Shown one piece after another: positions 9,376-19,853 of a stretch of DNA of 64,000 bases; positions within the stretch are counted from its first letter, which is position 1, and each line of letters starts with the position of its first letter. The notes under the pieces were generated by a model. It made no database searches. It had not been told where the DNA came from and worked only from the letters and a program-made list of their open reading frames with translations. The DNA is from an uncultured Candidatus Binatia bacterium (GTDB lineage: Bacteria > Desulfobacterota > Binatia > UBA9968 > CAXXLF01), in assembly GCA_965218425.1 (NCBI GenBank), contig OZ244621.1, positions 4,288,001 through 4,352,000 on the forward strand. Direction: 5' to 3'. The position numbers and the translations under genes were made by a program.

Positions 9376-10596
9376 CTATCCGGGCATTGCTGGTGCCATC
9401 ATCAGGACCGGGGATGATGTCTGCTGTCGCAAATGGACTTCTTGTCTTTTTCGTGAGGACTCCATAATGGCCAGGCAGGCCTCAAGGCTTGCTCGACCCC
9501 AGGCGGCATCGGGAAACACCGGGCGGTTCTCCTCAAGGCTAGCCTTGATTTCCGCCACTTCCGGCGCCCCCCTACCAATCGATGCCGGAGGAAGAAGAAT
9601 TTCTTCTCGCCCCTTTTCCGTATTGACGTAGAGACCGTGCTCCGATTGCCGTATATCCCCCCGCTCACAACTCACAATGGTCACGCCAAAAAAGTCCTGG
9701 GCCACGTCGCCCTTCGCAGCAGCCATCTCCCTCCGTTCGAGATCTTTCATGCCAGTCGCCTCCAGCTTCCGATAGAATTCCTCTGATTGAACCGGAGCTG
9801 TCGGAGTACGCCGAGGCCCGTAGATAACTTCCTGAGGCATCTTCGCCCCGCTCTCTCCACGGTCCCATGTGATCTCAAAAGTGGTGAAATGGCCGTAGCC
9901 GCTGAAGTACATGAGGGCGGTAACGCCCGACTCGAAATCCAACAACGCACCGTAATTCCCTTCGACATCAAAGTAAGGATACCAACGGCCAGTCACTCCC
10001 CGTACTGAACGAATTATACCGCCAGCCAAATAGCGGACGATGTCCATTTGGTGCGGTCCCTGCCGAAAAACCACGCCACCGCCACGGTCGGGGTCCAAAG
10101 TCGCCGCCTCCCAGGGCAATCGTATCCAACTGTTGTAATTCAACGTGTTGATATGATACACACGCCCCAGTCGGCCGCTTGCAATGAGCTCTGCCATGGC
10201 CTTGATGCTGGGACGATGGATTTTGCTATGCCCTTGAACATAGCGTACCCCATACCGCTCCACAGCCTCCACCATGCGGTTCGCCTCATCCATAGTGATC
10301 GCCATAGGCTTTTCGCAAATAACATGCTTGCCGCATTCGGCAGCAATGATAGTGTGCTCTGCATGAAGATGGTTTGGCGTGGCGATATAGACTACATCCA
10401 CCTCACCCTTCCGGCACATCTCCTCCACACTCGTGAAAGTGGCGATACCGAACTTATCTTTGAATAGCTTTAGGGCCTTCGGCCGAATGTCTGCCGCTGC
10501 TGTGAACTTCACTCCGTCAACTTTGTTGAAACCGGGTACAACCTGATAAGAGGCCGCCCCTAACCCGGCCATTCCGACCCGTAACTCTAGACCCAC
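9376..10596 (-). CDS. Gfo/Idh/MocA oxidoreductase, cis-dihydrodiol dehydrogenase-like (Pht4/OphB)
   Basis: GMAGLG Rossmann motif, CEKPM, RQGPHQMD, CERGDIRQS. GTG start with GGAGGG SD. Confidence 0.85.
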   Translation of the reverse strand: MGLELRVGMAGLGAASYQVVPGFNKVDGVKFTAAADIRPKALKLFKDKFGIATFTSVEEMCRKGEVDVVYIATPNHLHAEHTIIAAECGKHVICEKPMAITMDEANRMVEAVERYGVRYVQGHSKIHRPSIKAMAELIASGRLGRVYHINTLNYNSWIRLPWEAATLDPDRGGGVVFRQGPHQMDIVRYLAGGIIRSVRGVTGRWYPYFDVEGNYGALLDFESGVTALMYFSGYGHFTTFEITWDRGESGAKMPQEVIYGPRRTPTAPVQSEEFYRKLEATGMKDLERREMAAAKGDVAQDFFGVTIVSCERGDIRQSEHGLYVNTEKGREEILLPPASIGRGAPEVAEIKASLEENRPVFPDAAWGRASLEACLAIMESSRKRQEVHLRQQTSSPVLMMAPAMPG

Positions 10597-10644
10597 CCTT
10601 TGCGCCCTCCATCAAGCCTGCAACGAAACGAGCCTGATTTACTT

Positions 10645-11889
10645 CTATTTACTGACCGGCCGCCTCGCAGCACCAAACGGAACCTCAAAAACCTCGTGAT
10701 GATCGTCGTCGAAAAGTTGCTCGAATCGCTCTCCCCTCGGTGGTATATCCTTTCCCCCAAAGCCATAGATATTTCCCCCGTCCGTCCCCATCCACTGCCA
10801 AACGTCGATCATCTTGTTCTCTTCGGGATCCCGGACCAACCCAATGGGATCCCCCCCCTCCTGCACGGACTGGATCTGCTCCTGAAGCATCTTCCGAAAG
10901 ATCGAGATTCCGAGGTCCGACGCTCCCAGTCGCTCCTGTGTCCTGTCGAATACAGGGCCTGGGGACTCCCATGACATGGCATCCTGCCCGTAGGTCGAAT
11001 CAAGCAAATATTTGCCCTGCTCGTCCTGATGTGAAATGAATTTAACCGGCACCTCCCCTTGTTCTACCTTGCTCCCGTCGGGGGTCGGCTTGAAGTTTAA
11101 CCCAATGGTCGCCGTGTGGGTGTCGTCCTCTGGCACCCGCCATTGAATCTCATCGCCCATACGCAGGATGGTCGGAAAAATGAATGGCCGGGCATACTGG
11201 CGTACAGGGTTTTCCTCACCGAAGAACATGCTTTTCAGTATCCCCCATTCGAACACCTGGAACCCGTAGCGCACCATAGGTACAGGCATGAAATCCACAC
11301 CCGCCTTCTGCCCCTTTGCATTCTGGCGATAGTACTGGTGCAGAAAATAGATATGGGTGGAATCCAAAATATTCTCCGTAGGCTGAAGCCAGTTGCAGTT
11401 TAGCGTGGCCCGAACATTAACCTCCCGGCTCCCGTCTTCTCGCACCAACGAATCCCACCGAGGAAGTAGCGGCTTCCGCTCTGGCGGTCCCAAATAGGCG
11501 AACACAATCCCGCCGAGCTCCTGGGCAGGGTAGGCCTTCAGACGCACCGTATGCTTAAAGCTTTTAGGCTCAAATGGCTGCTCTTGACATTGGCCGCTCA
11601 AATCATAAAGCCACCCATGATAGGCACATCGAATTCCCTCACTTTCGCAGAACCCGTAGACAAGGGATACGCCACGATGGCGACAATGCTCCTCTACTAG
11701 CCCATAGCGTCCATCGGGCAACCGAAACACCACTAGGTCCTCTCCCAAGATTCTGATTCGCTTTTTCGGCTCTTCCGGCGTGAGCTGCGCAGCGGCGCAT
11801 AGAGGGTGCCAGTAACGGCGCAGTAACTCGCCACATGGGGTCCCCGGCCCTACTCGTGCTAACGATTCATTCTCTTCTTTGCTCAGCAT
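10645..11889 (-). CDS. Rieske non-heme iron oxygenase large subunit (phthalate 4,5-dioxygenase/LigXa family)
   Basis: MLS..EN..L.RVGPGTP.GELLRRYWHP; CRH...CAYH Rieske motif; ENILDSTH...H and QD iron ligands. Confidence 0.9.
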   Translation of the reverse strand: MLSKEENESLARVGPGTPCGELLRRYWHPLCAAAQLTPEEPKKRIRILGEDLVVFRLPDGRYGLVEEHCRHRGVSLVYGFCESEGIRCAYHGWLYDLSGQCQEQPFEPKSFKHTVRLKAYPAQELGGIVFAYLGPPERKPLLPRWDSLVREDGSREVNVRATLNCNWLQPTENILDSTHIYFLHQYYRQNAKGQKAGVDFMPVPMVRYGFQVFEWGILKSMFFGEENPVRQYARPFIFPTILRMGDEIQWRVPEDDTHTATIGLNFKPTPDGSKVEQGEVPVKFISHQDEQGKYLLDSTYGQDAMSWESPGPVFDRTQERLGASDLGISIFRKMLQEQIQSVQEGGDPIGLVRDPEENKMIDVWQWMGTDGGNIYGFGGKDIPPRGERFEQLFDDDHHEVFEVPFGAARRPVSK

Positions 11890-12063
11890 TATAGCCTCCC
11901 AGATCGCAAGCCAGTCTTATTCCGATCTTGTTCCAAAAGCCCGTTTTTCGCTAAGCTAGTTTTAATCCTTTCGCTGTTCTACGCCATCTGCCATGATGCT
12001 TGGGCCCTTACGAAGGGAATATTCCTTCAGCAAAAGTTTGTCCAATACTATTTCGGAATACCC

Positions 12064-12072
12064 CTTATAGCA
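12064..12072 (-). promoter_or_regulatory. Putative extended -10 promoter (TGCTATAAG) upstream of Rieske gene 11889
   Basis: TGnTATAAN match within an ATAGCA-N4-TGCTAT inverted repeat. Confidence 0.4.
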
Positions 12073-12229
12073 TTTTTGCTATGAACATGAAGACTTCGTT
12101 TGCTCTATCTCAATTCCGCGTCGAAATCTTTTATATTTAAGGAGGTTGCAGCGAAAGTTTAGTCGAACCCGGCGACCAGCTTAGGACAAGGACGCAGGCT
12201 CCCTGCCGGTCCGGACCCCGGCCGAGGGC

Positions 12230-13177
12230 CTAGGTCCAGTACGCAAATCCCCCAGCACAGCCGGTGCCCGCAGGAGAGCGGTAGTAGGGCACATAGCTAA
12301 CCTCGGTCATGTTGAGGTGCTCCAGCGCTGCCGCACCAATGATCCAGTTCCGGATCTCCGAGGTTCCGCGGATCAACCGCTCGACGGGAAGTGAGCGTAA
12401 AAATGTGGCATCCTTACGCTGCATGGCGTCGAGAACACTTCGGTCTAGGTCTTCCTCGATCACGGAATGGCTCAAGCCACCCGATGCCACGATAGCAACC
12501 TGCTTGTCGGCATCCCACGATTCCACCGCCTCGCGCAATGCTCGCCCCAGCGCGTAGCACCGCTCCGGTGTCGGTTGGTTCGGGGGGAAGTAGGTGTTCA
12601 CCATGATGGGCACCATAGTGATTGTCCGGTCAGGGAAATACCGCCAATAGGGGTTCACGAACGCATGCCCTAGGCCGATTTCACGGCGCAGGTTATTACA
12701 ACGGGCCAGGTCGAAGCCCTTCGCGCAAAGACGCTGGAGCAGGTGGTTGGCTAGCGCAGGCTCACCCGGAATCGAGGTGCGGGGGTCTTGTGCTTCCCAG
12801 TCCCATTTTGGGTCGGACCAGGCGTACTTGCGGTGCGTGATAGGCATGTCCTGCCCGTTGAAGATCCCGAACATTGGCAGATTATCGTCTAGGAACTGCT
12901 CGTGCTGATCGTCGCCAATTACAATGATAACATCAGGGTTCACCTTGCGGAATACCCGATCCAGCTCCGCAACCCCCGCCAGGCATTCCTCGTAATGCTG
13001 CTGCATCTTTTCTTCACTGATCTCGTCAGCGATCCATGGCGGTGCCACTTGAAGGAGCGCGGCGTAGTCAATCCGTGGATCGTGCACATCCTTCTCGGCG
13101 ACTTTCTTCACCTGGCTTGGATGGGTTCCCAACGTCGAAGCGTGGCCAGTCCCTATACCCAATACGATCCGTGCCAT
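12230..13177 (-). CDS. LigB-family extradiol dioxygenase, DesZ/LigZ-like
   Basis: IVLGIGTGH, GDDQHE, GHAF, NTYFPPNQP, SGGLSH, GTSEIRNW, YRSPAGTG. Confidence 0.9.
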   Translation of the reverse strand: MARIVLGIGTGHASTLGTHPSQVKKVAEKDVHDPRIDYAALLQVAPPWIADEISEEKMQQHYEECLAGVAELDRVFRKVNPDVIIVIGDDQHEQFLDDNLPMFGIFNGQDMPITHRKYAWSDPKWDWEAQDPRTSIPGEPALANHLLQRLCAKGFDLARCNNLRREIGLGHAFVNPYWRYFPDRTITMVPIMVNTYFPPNQPTPERCYALGRALREAVESWDADKQVAIVASGGLSHSVIEEDLDRSVLDAMQRKDATFLRSLPVERLIRGTSEIRNWIIGAAALEHLNMTEVSYVPYYRSPAGTGCAGGFAYWT

Positions 13178-13360
13178 ATGCTCCTCCTCTCAGAAGGGTT
13201 TGATCCCTTCGAACAACAGGGCCCACTTCTCCTGCAACTGCCCGTGAAATTTTTTACTTTTCATGTTCACCTCGCCGAATTGCCATAGGGCCGTCTTCTT
13301 CGGGAACCCTCGCCGTTTTTACCGGTCTTCACCGAGCCGCGTTTTCCGCCTTGGTGCCGT

Positions 13361-14572
13361 TCAACCATCACCAGGGCTAGGAACCTGATGAGACATGTAG
13401 ACCTCACGACGCTCGCGTGCGGACTGCATAATGCCGAGAACCACCTCCAGGGTGGCCTCACCCCACCGACCATCGTGGGACACGGGGCGGTCATGGACCA
13501 CCGCCTGGTACAGTTCCTCGAGCTCCGCTTCCCGGCCCCGGTCGGTCTTCGGCACCGGGACCTCCCACTTCTCCCTGTCTCCGTAGATGTACAGCCCGTG
13601 GGGCGACTGCCGGATGTCCCCGTGCTCACAGCTAACGACGGTGATACCGAAGTGGGCATGGGGGTGGTCCTCGTCCCGTATCCGGGCGTTCTCCTGTCCT
13701 CCCCCGTAACGCCTGACCGACTTGAGCTGTGCCTCTTCCTCAGGGGACTGGAGGGAGGCGATGCGGGCACGGGAGCGCAGATTCTGGTCGGGAGGCCGGA
13801 TCCCTTCCCCGATCCAAGAGGTGAACTCGGCCGTGTCGAAGTGGGCATAGCCGGTAAACACGTCGGTAGCAGGGGTGCCATTCTCGAACTCGATGTAGGT
13901 CACCCAGGCTCCCTCTGCGCGCCTGGCAGGATCCCACATCCCTGTCATACCCCGCACACTCCGTACCATTCCGCCACCCAGCAATCGCACGATATCGACA
14001 GAATGGGGGGCCTGCCTGTACAAGACGTTACCACCCAGGCTGGGGTCTAGCTCGGTGGGGTTACGAGAGCGGTACAGCCAGTCCTGGTAATGCCAGGTAT
14101 TGATCATGCAGAGATCGCCGAGCTCGCGGCTGCGCACGATCTCGTGCATCTTGCGGATAGGGGCGTCGAAGCTATGGGTGTGGCCACACAGCAGCTTGAC
14201 ACCGTTGCGCTCCACAGCGGCGTTCATGGCCTCGCACTCCTCAATGGTGAGGCCCATGGGTTTTTCGACGATGATGTGCTTGCCATGTTCGGCCGCCATG
14301 ATAACGTGCTCGGCGTGGAACGGGTTAGGGGTGCAGACATAGACTGCGTCCACGTTGGGGCTTGCGCACAGCTCCTCGGCCGTGTTGAAAACCTCGCCAC
14401 CGTATTCCCGGATGAATTTGTCGCGCGCCGCCTGACGAGGCTCCGCGGCGGCGGCGACGCGCAAGTGGGGATGCTTGGCAATAGCCGGCACGATCTGCGC
14501 CGCCGCTACCCCAAGCCCCACGACGCCAAACCTGAGTTCTTTGTGTGACGGTTCTACCAAGGCCATAGTCAA
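13361..14572 (-). CDS. Gfo/Idh/MocA oxidoreductase, cis-dihydrodiol dehydrogenase-like
   Basis: GVVGLG, VEKPM, GHTHSFD, HDGRWGEATLEV. Confidence 0.9.
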   Translation of the reverse strand: MTMALVEPSHKELRFGVVGLGVAAAQIVPAIAKHPHLRVAAAAEPRQAARDKFIREYGGEVFNTAEELCASPNVDAVYVCTPNPFHAEHVIMAAEHGKHIIVEKPMGLTIEECEAMNAAVERNGVKLLCGHTHSFDAPIRKMHEIVRSRELGDLCMINTWHYQDWLYRSRNPTELDPSLGGNVLYRQAPHSVDIVRLLGGGMVRSVRGMTGMWDPARRAEGAWVTYIEFENGTPATDVFTGYAHFDTAEFTSWIGEGIRPPDQNLRSRARIASLQSPEEEAQLKSVRRYGGGQENARIRDEDHPHAHFGITVVSCEHGDIRQSPHGLYIYGDREKWEVPVPKTDRGREAELEELYQAVVHDRPVSHDGRWGEATLEVVLGIMQSARERREVYMSHQVPSPGDG

Positions 14573-14667
14573 ACCTCCTCAACTCGCTGACAACCTCTCA
14601 CTATCATCACGCCACTCGGTGCTTTAATCACTTCATATATTGTTTAAGAGCCGTATCGGCACCTTTT

Positions 14668-16410
14668 TTAACGGTGCTGCACACCAAAACCGATTCCAAA
14701 GGTCCTCGCCACGATTGCCACGCCGGCAGTCATGGCGATCATTGTCAGACTGTATATTCCAGCCTTTTCCAGCTCTACAGTCGACGGATCAGACATCATC
14801 GTCAATATCAAAATAGAGATCGTTTGCGTTTCCTCAGCCGCCAGCAGAATAATGCTCGACGTCGTACTGGCAGCTAGAGTGAAGTTGAAGATACCCATCA
14901 TCACCAGGGTGGGCATCACGAGAGGAATCCAGACCTTGAAGTACGTCCGTAACCAGCCCGCCCCCGACACCCGGGCCTGCTCCTCTAGATCGGCACCCAC
15001 CTGCAGGATTGTCCCCTTTGAGATCTGCGTACTCAACAGCTTCCCCTGCATGATCACTACCAAAACCAAAGCATAGATCGTGCCGTACAAAGGTGCCAGG
15101 ATTGGCGTGCCCAAAAATAGCCATAGTAGGCCTAGGCCTGACAGCATCCCCGGGATAGCGCTAGACGTCCAGAACACATAGTCCAAAAGCGTCCGTCCTG
15201 GCCATCGGGTACGCACGATGACATACGCTATCATGGAAAAGACTAGCGGAGAAACCACGGCGGTTGTCGCGCTCAGCACAAAGGTTGTACGCGCCGCGTC
15301 CAGAAACTCCCCAATCTGCAGGGCATCAATCCAATGAGACACTGTGAACGTTGGAGTCGCTGCGAATATGCCGACCCTTGTCATGAAACTCCCGCCAAGC
15401 AGCGTAATCGCCGGAACGATCGTCAACAAACTGGCGACCCCAACGATAACCGCGATGACCATCGGCTGCGCCCACCCAAGATCTATCAGCCCTAGGCGAA
15501 ACTGCCCAGTCACTGTCGTATACCGTCGGCGCGCCAGCATCCAGCGCTGAAGGGGGACGATTATCGCGATAATGATCAGCGTTACGCTAGCTAAGGCAGT
15601 TGCCTGCCCGTAGAGCGGAGGAAAATTCACCCGAACCATCTCATAGATCAAAGTAGAGTAGACGAAAAACCCGACCGCTTTACCCAGTAGCTGTTCTATC
15701 TCGAAGCTCTGGAATAACCTAACAAAGTTCAACAAAAAGACGAGCAGCATGGCCGGCATCATTACCGGCAATGTCACTCTCATCATTGCCCGCAGCTTGG
15801 AAGCACCTGAAACCGCCGCCGCCTCCTCGAGAGCCAGATCCATGTTCCGGAAAGCCGGTGTCAGCAACATCACCTTCTGCGATATCCCATTCCCCATCAG
15901 GTGAGCCCAGACAATTCCCGGGAGGCCATATATATTGAAGGGGCCCTGATCTATGAATGGCAGGGCCTCGGCCAACCTGTTGAGCAAACCCATCCGTGGG
16001 TCGAGCAGAAAGATCCACCCCATAGTGGTGGCCATCGCCGGCATCACAAAGGACACCCAGAATAAAAACTCCAATCCATGGGAGAAGGGCATTTTCGTAC
16101 GAGCCAAAGCCCAAGCGATAAGAACCGCAATAGGAAACCCGATGCCTGTGTAGAGAACGAAAACGAAAAGTGTGTTTCCGATAGCGCTGAAGATCGCAGG
16201 CTCCGAGAATGCGATGCTCCAGTTATTCAGCGAAAAATCATACGGCTGTCCAATCTCCGCAACGTTGAAGCTATTGAACACGAGTAGAATAACCGGCGCA
16301 AGCACCCAAAAACCAAAAACGAGGACGAGCAGCGCCACTATGAACAAACCCACTGGGGCCCGAGGCGAGTAGCGTTGCCAAATGTTTTCGACCGTACTAT
16401 CCAGGTTCAT
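14668..16410 (-). CDS. ABC transporter permease (FbpB-like, two fused TM domains)
   Basis: Multiple TM segments and two EAA loops (LEEAAAVSGAS; LEEQARVSGAG). Confidence 0.9.
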   Translation of the reverse strand: MNLDSTVENIWQRYSPRAPVGLFIVALLVLVFGFWVLAPVILLVFNSFNVAEIGQPYDFSLNNWSIAFSEPAIFSAIGNTLFVFVLYTGIGFPIAVLIAWALARTKMPFSHGLEFLFWVSFVMPAMATTMGWIFLLDPRMGLLNRLAEALPFIDQGPFNIYGLPGIVWAHLMGNGISQKVMLLTPAFRNMDLALEEAAAVSGASKLRAMMRVTLPVMMPAMLLVFLLNFVRLFQSFEIEQLLGKAVGFFVYSTLIYEMVRVNFPPLYGQATALASVTLIIIAIIVPLQRWMLARRRYTTVTGQFRLGLIDLGWAQPMVIAVIVGVASLLTIVPAITLLGGSFMTRVGIFAATPTFTVSHWIDALQIGEFLDAARTTFVLSATTAVVSPLVFSMIAYVIVRTRWPGRTLLDYVFWTSSAIPGMLSGLGLLWLFLGTPILAPLYGTIYALVLVVIMQGKLLSTQISKGTILQVGADLEEQARVSGAGWLRTYFKVWIPLVMPTLVMMGIFNFTLAASTTSSIILLAAEETQTISILILTMMSDPSTVELEKAGIYSLTMIAMTAGVAIVARTFGIGFGVQHR

Positions 16411-16609
16411 TGACTCTTCGCTTACGCGCCTCTTATACGGCTCATCTTGTTAATAATGAAGGTCAGATTTGCGCCTTCGCTTGCATGGAAGGGACCCGCA
16501 CTTATGATACAGAGATGTTACCCTCGATGCCCCTCGCCCAACAGATTGAGGGACACCGAGGATTGACCGGCACATGTCTCTGCCCTTTACGCCATATCCC
16601 GGCGGGTTA

Positions 16610-17701
16610 CTATTGGCCGCGTAGAATTTTCGCCCATATTGCGGTCGACTTGTTGAGCTTGTCGGCAAAACCGGGCAGCCTCTCCATAAAGATGTAATTC
16701 CTACCCTTTATGCGAAGTCTCCCCGGCCCTACGTTGTCTTTGGGGATATCGACCCGGAAGGTGTCATAGTGGGTGATCTCCTGCACCACCGACATTCCAT
16801 CCTTTGATAGCAACCAGTTCACGAACAGCTTCTGGGCGTTCGGATGCGGTGCACGATTCATCGCCATAACGGTGTGACCACCGACACTAATCTGTTCTCC
16901 CTCTTTCATCCCCTTCCTCAAATTGCGAATCGGCAGTCCTTGCCTGCGCGCCGCCCGGATCTCACTAGCGGAGCACCAAGGGCAGAGGTGCATCTTGCCA
17001 GTGCCTACCAAGTCTATCCCTTGCCTTAAATTTGGTGGAATGAACGACTTTTTGGCGAGCGCACGCATGTAGTCGGGGCCCATGACCTCCCACATAAACA
17101 AGACGCTTTGGGATCGCGGTAACAGCGTTGTCTTGTATTTCGGGTCCAGAAAGTCGCGGAAGGAATGCAAATCATCGGGTTTCACTAAATCGGTGTTGTA
17201 GCCCGTGTCCCCTCCTCCAGGTGTACCTATGAACCCCAAGCTCCAACGTTTCTCCCGGTCCATCCAGGGCATGGAACCCAGGAACCACGCGGACTCGTCA
17301 AGGATTTCAGGGTGGATCAATAGCGGCTTGATGGGGTCCATGGCCTGCGCGGGTATAAGAAGTTGGTTGGAAACGCTGGAACCACCTAACCAGACGTCGA
17401 TCCTGTACAATCCGGCGCGGCGCTCCGCCCGTACCTTCTCCCATTTCTGCGTCGAAGTTCCTCTGATACTCGCCTTCATATTGATCTTAAACCGCTTTTC
17501 AAAGGCCTTTTCAAACGCCCGTGCATTCTTGCTCCGAGATAGCCGATGACTGAGAAAGATGACGAGTTCCCCCTCCTTTTCTGCCGCCGTTACCAGCTCG
17601 TCCCATTGCTGCTGAAAGCTAGAAGCTGCCCACCCGCTGGGCACGAACACCATCATGGCACTAATCACGAAAACCAACGTTAGTCCTATATGCTTCACCA
17701 T
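16610..17701 (-). CDS. ABC transporter substrate-binding protein
   Basis: Start moved to ATG 17701 (AAGGAGGG SD, signal peptide MVKHIGLTLVFV...). AAEKEGEL, APHPNAQKLFVNWLL. Confidence 0.85.
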   Translation of the reverse strand: MVKHIGLTLVFVISAMMVFVPSGWAASSFQQQWDELVTAAEKEGELVIFLSHRLSRSKNARAFEKAFEKRFKINMKASIRGTSTQKWEKVRAERRAGLYRIDVWLGGSSVSNQLLIPAQAMDPIKPLLIHPEILDESAWFLGSMPWMDREKRWSLGFIGTPGGGDTGYNTDLVKPDDLHSFRDFLDPKYKTTLLPRSQSVLFMWEVMGPDYMRALAKKSFIPPNLRQGIDLVGTGKMHLCPWCSASEIRAARRQGLPIRNLRKGMKEGEQISVGGHTVMAMNRAPHPNAQKLFVNWLLSKDGMSVVQEITHYDTFRVDIPKDNVGPGRLRIKGRNYIFMERLPGFADKLNKSTAIWAKILRGQ

Positions 17702-17820
17702 TACGTTTCCCTCCTTATCGTTTGAGATTTCCTCGTAGGCACGAACCTCATCTTGTTTCACCGAGTCTTGAAGTGCTTCCCGTTCATCAATTCCGGCGGA
17801 GATCCGCATCCCTGCTCTCT

Positions 17821-19563
17821 TCAATGGTGCCGCAAACCCATACGGATTCCAAAGGCTCTCGCCACTAATGCAACTCCCGCAGTCATGAGGATCATAAAGA
17901 GACTAACGATCCCTGCCTGCTCCAGCTCTTGCGTGGCCGGGTCTCGCATGAACTGCAAGACCACCAGCGATAGTGTCAGCGTGTCACGCGAAGCCAGCAA
18001 AATGATACTTGATGTTGCTCCCGCCGCAACGACGAAATTGAACGTTCCAATGGTCACCAGCGTGGGCATCATAATGGGGATCCAGATCTTAAAATAAGTG
18101 CGCCACCAACCGGCCCCTGACACACGCGCCTGCTCCTCTATGTCAGCTCCAACTTGGAGTATCACGCTTTTCACCATCTGGGTACTCAACAGCTTCCCTT
18201 GCAACACGACCACCAACATCAGTGCGTACATCGTTCCAAAGAGGGGCACGAGGAACGGCACACTGAGGAACATCCACAGTAACCCGAGTCCTGACAGGAT
18301 TCCCGGGATCGCACTCGACATCCAGAACACGGCGTCCAATAGTCCCCGAGCCGGCCATCGTGTTCGCACCAGTATATATGCAACAAGCGAAAACAATAGC
18401 GGAGAAATTACTCCGGTGGTCGCTCCCAGCAAAAGGGTAATACGCGCGGCCGACAGTATAAAAGAATCTCCCAAAACGGCCGCCCAGTGATCGAGAGTGA
18501 AAGGCGGCGTCGCGATGAAAAAGCCCAGCCTCGTCATAAAGCTCCCGCCCACCAAAGTGACGGTCGGAACTAACGTGAGCAAGGCCGCAAACGTCAAAAT
18601 AGCGACGAAAACCACTGGTAGTGCTCTGCCCAAATCGATAAGACCTGGACGAAACTGGCCGCTTACAGTCGTGTACTGGCGGCGGCTTAACAGCCAACGC
18701 TGAAGCGGAACGATGAGCAAGATAATGATCAGCGTCACGCTGGCGAGCGCTGTTGCCTGTCCGTATAATGGAGGGATTATACTACGCACATAGGAATGAA
18801 TCAGTGTTGAATACACGAAAAAGCCCGTTGGAGTACCAAGCAATTGCTCGATCTCAAAAGTCTGAAAAATCCTTATACTATTCAGCAGGAATACAAGGAC
18901 AATCGCCGGCATCATCACCGGCAATGTCACCCTCATCATGGTCCGTAGCTTGGAGGCACCTGAAACCGATGCCGCTTCTTCAAGAGCTGAGTCCATATTG
19001 CGGAAGGCTGGGGTTAGCAGCATGACTTTCATGGAGACCGTATTTCCCATAATATGGGCCCACACGATGCCGGGTACGGTGTAAATATTGAACGGACTGT
19101 CCGCTACAAACGGGAGCATCTCAATCAGTCTATTCAGTACACCCAACCTGGGATCCAAAAGGAAAATCCAACCCAAGGTGGTTGCCAGCTCAGGCATGAT
19201 ATAAGAAATCCAAAAGAGAAACTCGAGGCCATGGGAGAATGGCATCTTTGTCCGGGCGAGGCACCACGAGATGAGGACAGCGATGGGAAACCCGATTACG
19301 CTATACAGCGCAAACACTAAGATAGTGTTCCCAATAGCCCTAAATATCTCCGGCTCAGAGAACGCGATGCGCCAGTTATCCAACGAGAATTGGTACGGCT
19401 CTCCAATCCCGGCTATGTTGAAGCTATTGATAAAAATAAGCAGCAGGGGATATATGACCCAGGTGCCAAACACCACCAGTACCAACAGCATGACAAATGC
19501 GGGCACTATTAGCCGAGATGAGAATGAGCGGGACAGAGTCAATTGAGCCGGAATAAATCCCAT
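17821..19563 (-). CDS. ABC transporter permease (FbpB-like), paralog of 14668-16410
   Basis: Same length (580 aa) with long shared stretches and two EAA loops. Confidence 0.9.
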   Translation of the reverse strand: MGFIPAQLTLSRSFSSRLIVPAFVMLLVLVVFGTWVIYPLLLIFINSFNIAGIGEPYQFSLDNWRIAFSEPEIFRAIGNTILVFALYSVIGFPIAVLISWCLARTKMPFSHGLEFLFWISYIMPELATTLGWIFLLDPRLGVLNRLIEMLPFVADSPFNIYTVPGIVWAHIMGNTVSMKVMLLTPAFRNMDSALEEAASVSGASKLRTMMRVTLPVMMPAIVLVFLLNSIRIFQTFEIEQLLGTPTGFFVYSTLIHSYVRSIIPPLYGQATALASVTLIIILLIVPLQRWLLSRRQYTTVSGQFRPGLIDLGRALPVVFVAILTFAALLTLVPTVTLVGGSFMTRLGFFIATPPFTLDHWAAVLGDSFILSAARITLLLGATTGVISPLLFSLVAYILVRTRWPARGLLDAVFWMSSAIPGILSGLGLLWMFLSVPFLVPLFGTMYALMLVVVLQGKLLSTQMVKSVILQVGADIEEQARVSGAGWWRTYFKIWIPIMMPTLVTIGTFNFVVAAGATSSIILLASRDTLTLSLVVLQFMRDPATQELEQAGIVSLFMILMTAGVALVARAFGIRMGLRHH

Positions 19564-19853
19564 CGAAACCTACACTCTGACATTTCGGCGAGAACAAGGA
19601 GTTACAATAGGTCGAGCAACTGTCTGACGAATCATGATTCTGGCAACTCTCCGTTCCAGGACCCCACTAGGCTGTCCAGTCCACTGTGAGCCTCACCAAG
19701 ATCTCGTCTCGCCAGATTAGACCACCCTGCGCAGTCGGGATAATTACGCTGGGCGGCAAAGAGTATCTGCATCATTTTACTGAAAGCCGATAATCCCGTC
19801 ACCCGACCGCAGGGCGCCGGATTCGGCTCCGTCCACTTGAGGCAACCCAGTAA

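Noticed and set aside
13267..14548. Long alternative-frame and antisense ORFs (13267-13881, 13388-14050; likewise 31488-32264, 7483-8148, 53015-53671)
   Set aside because: They overlap well-supported genes and lack recognisable motifs, as expected in GC-rich coding DNA.
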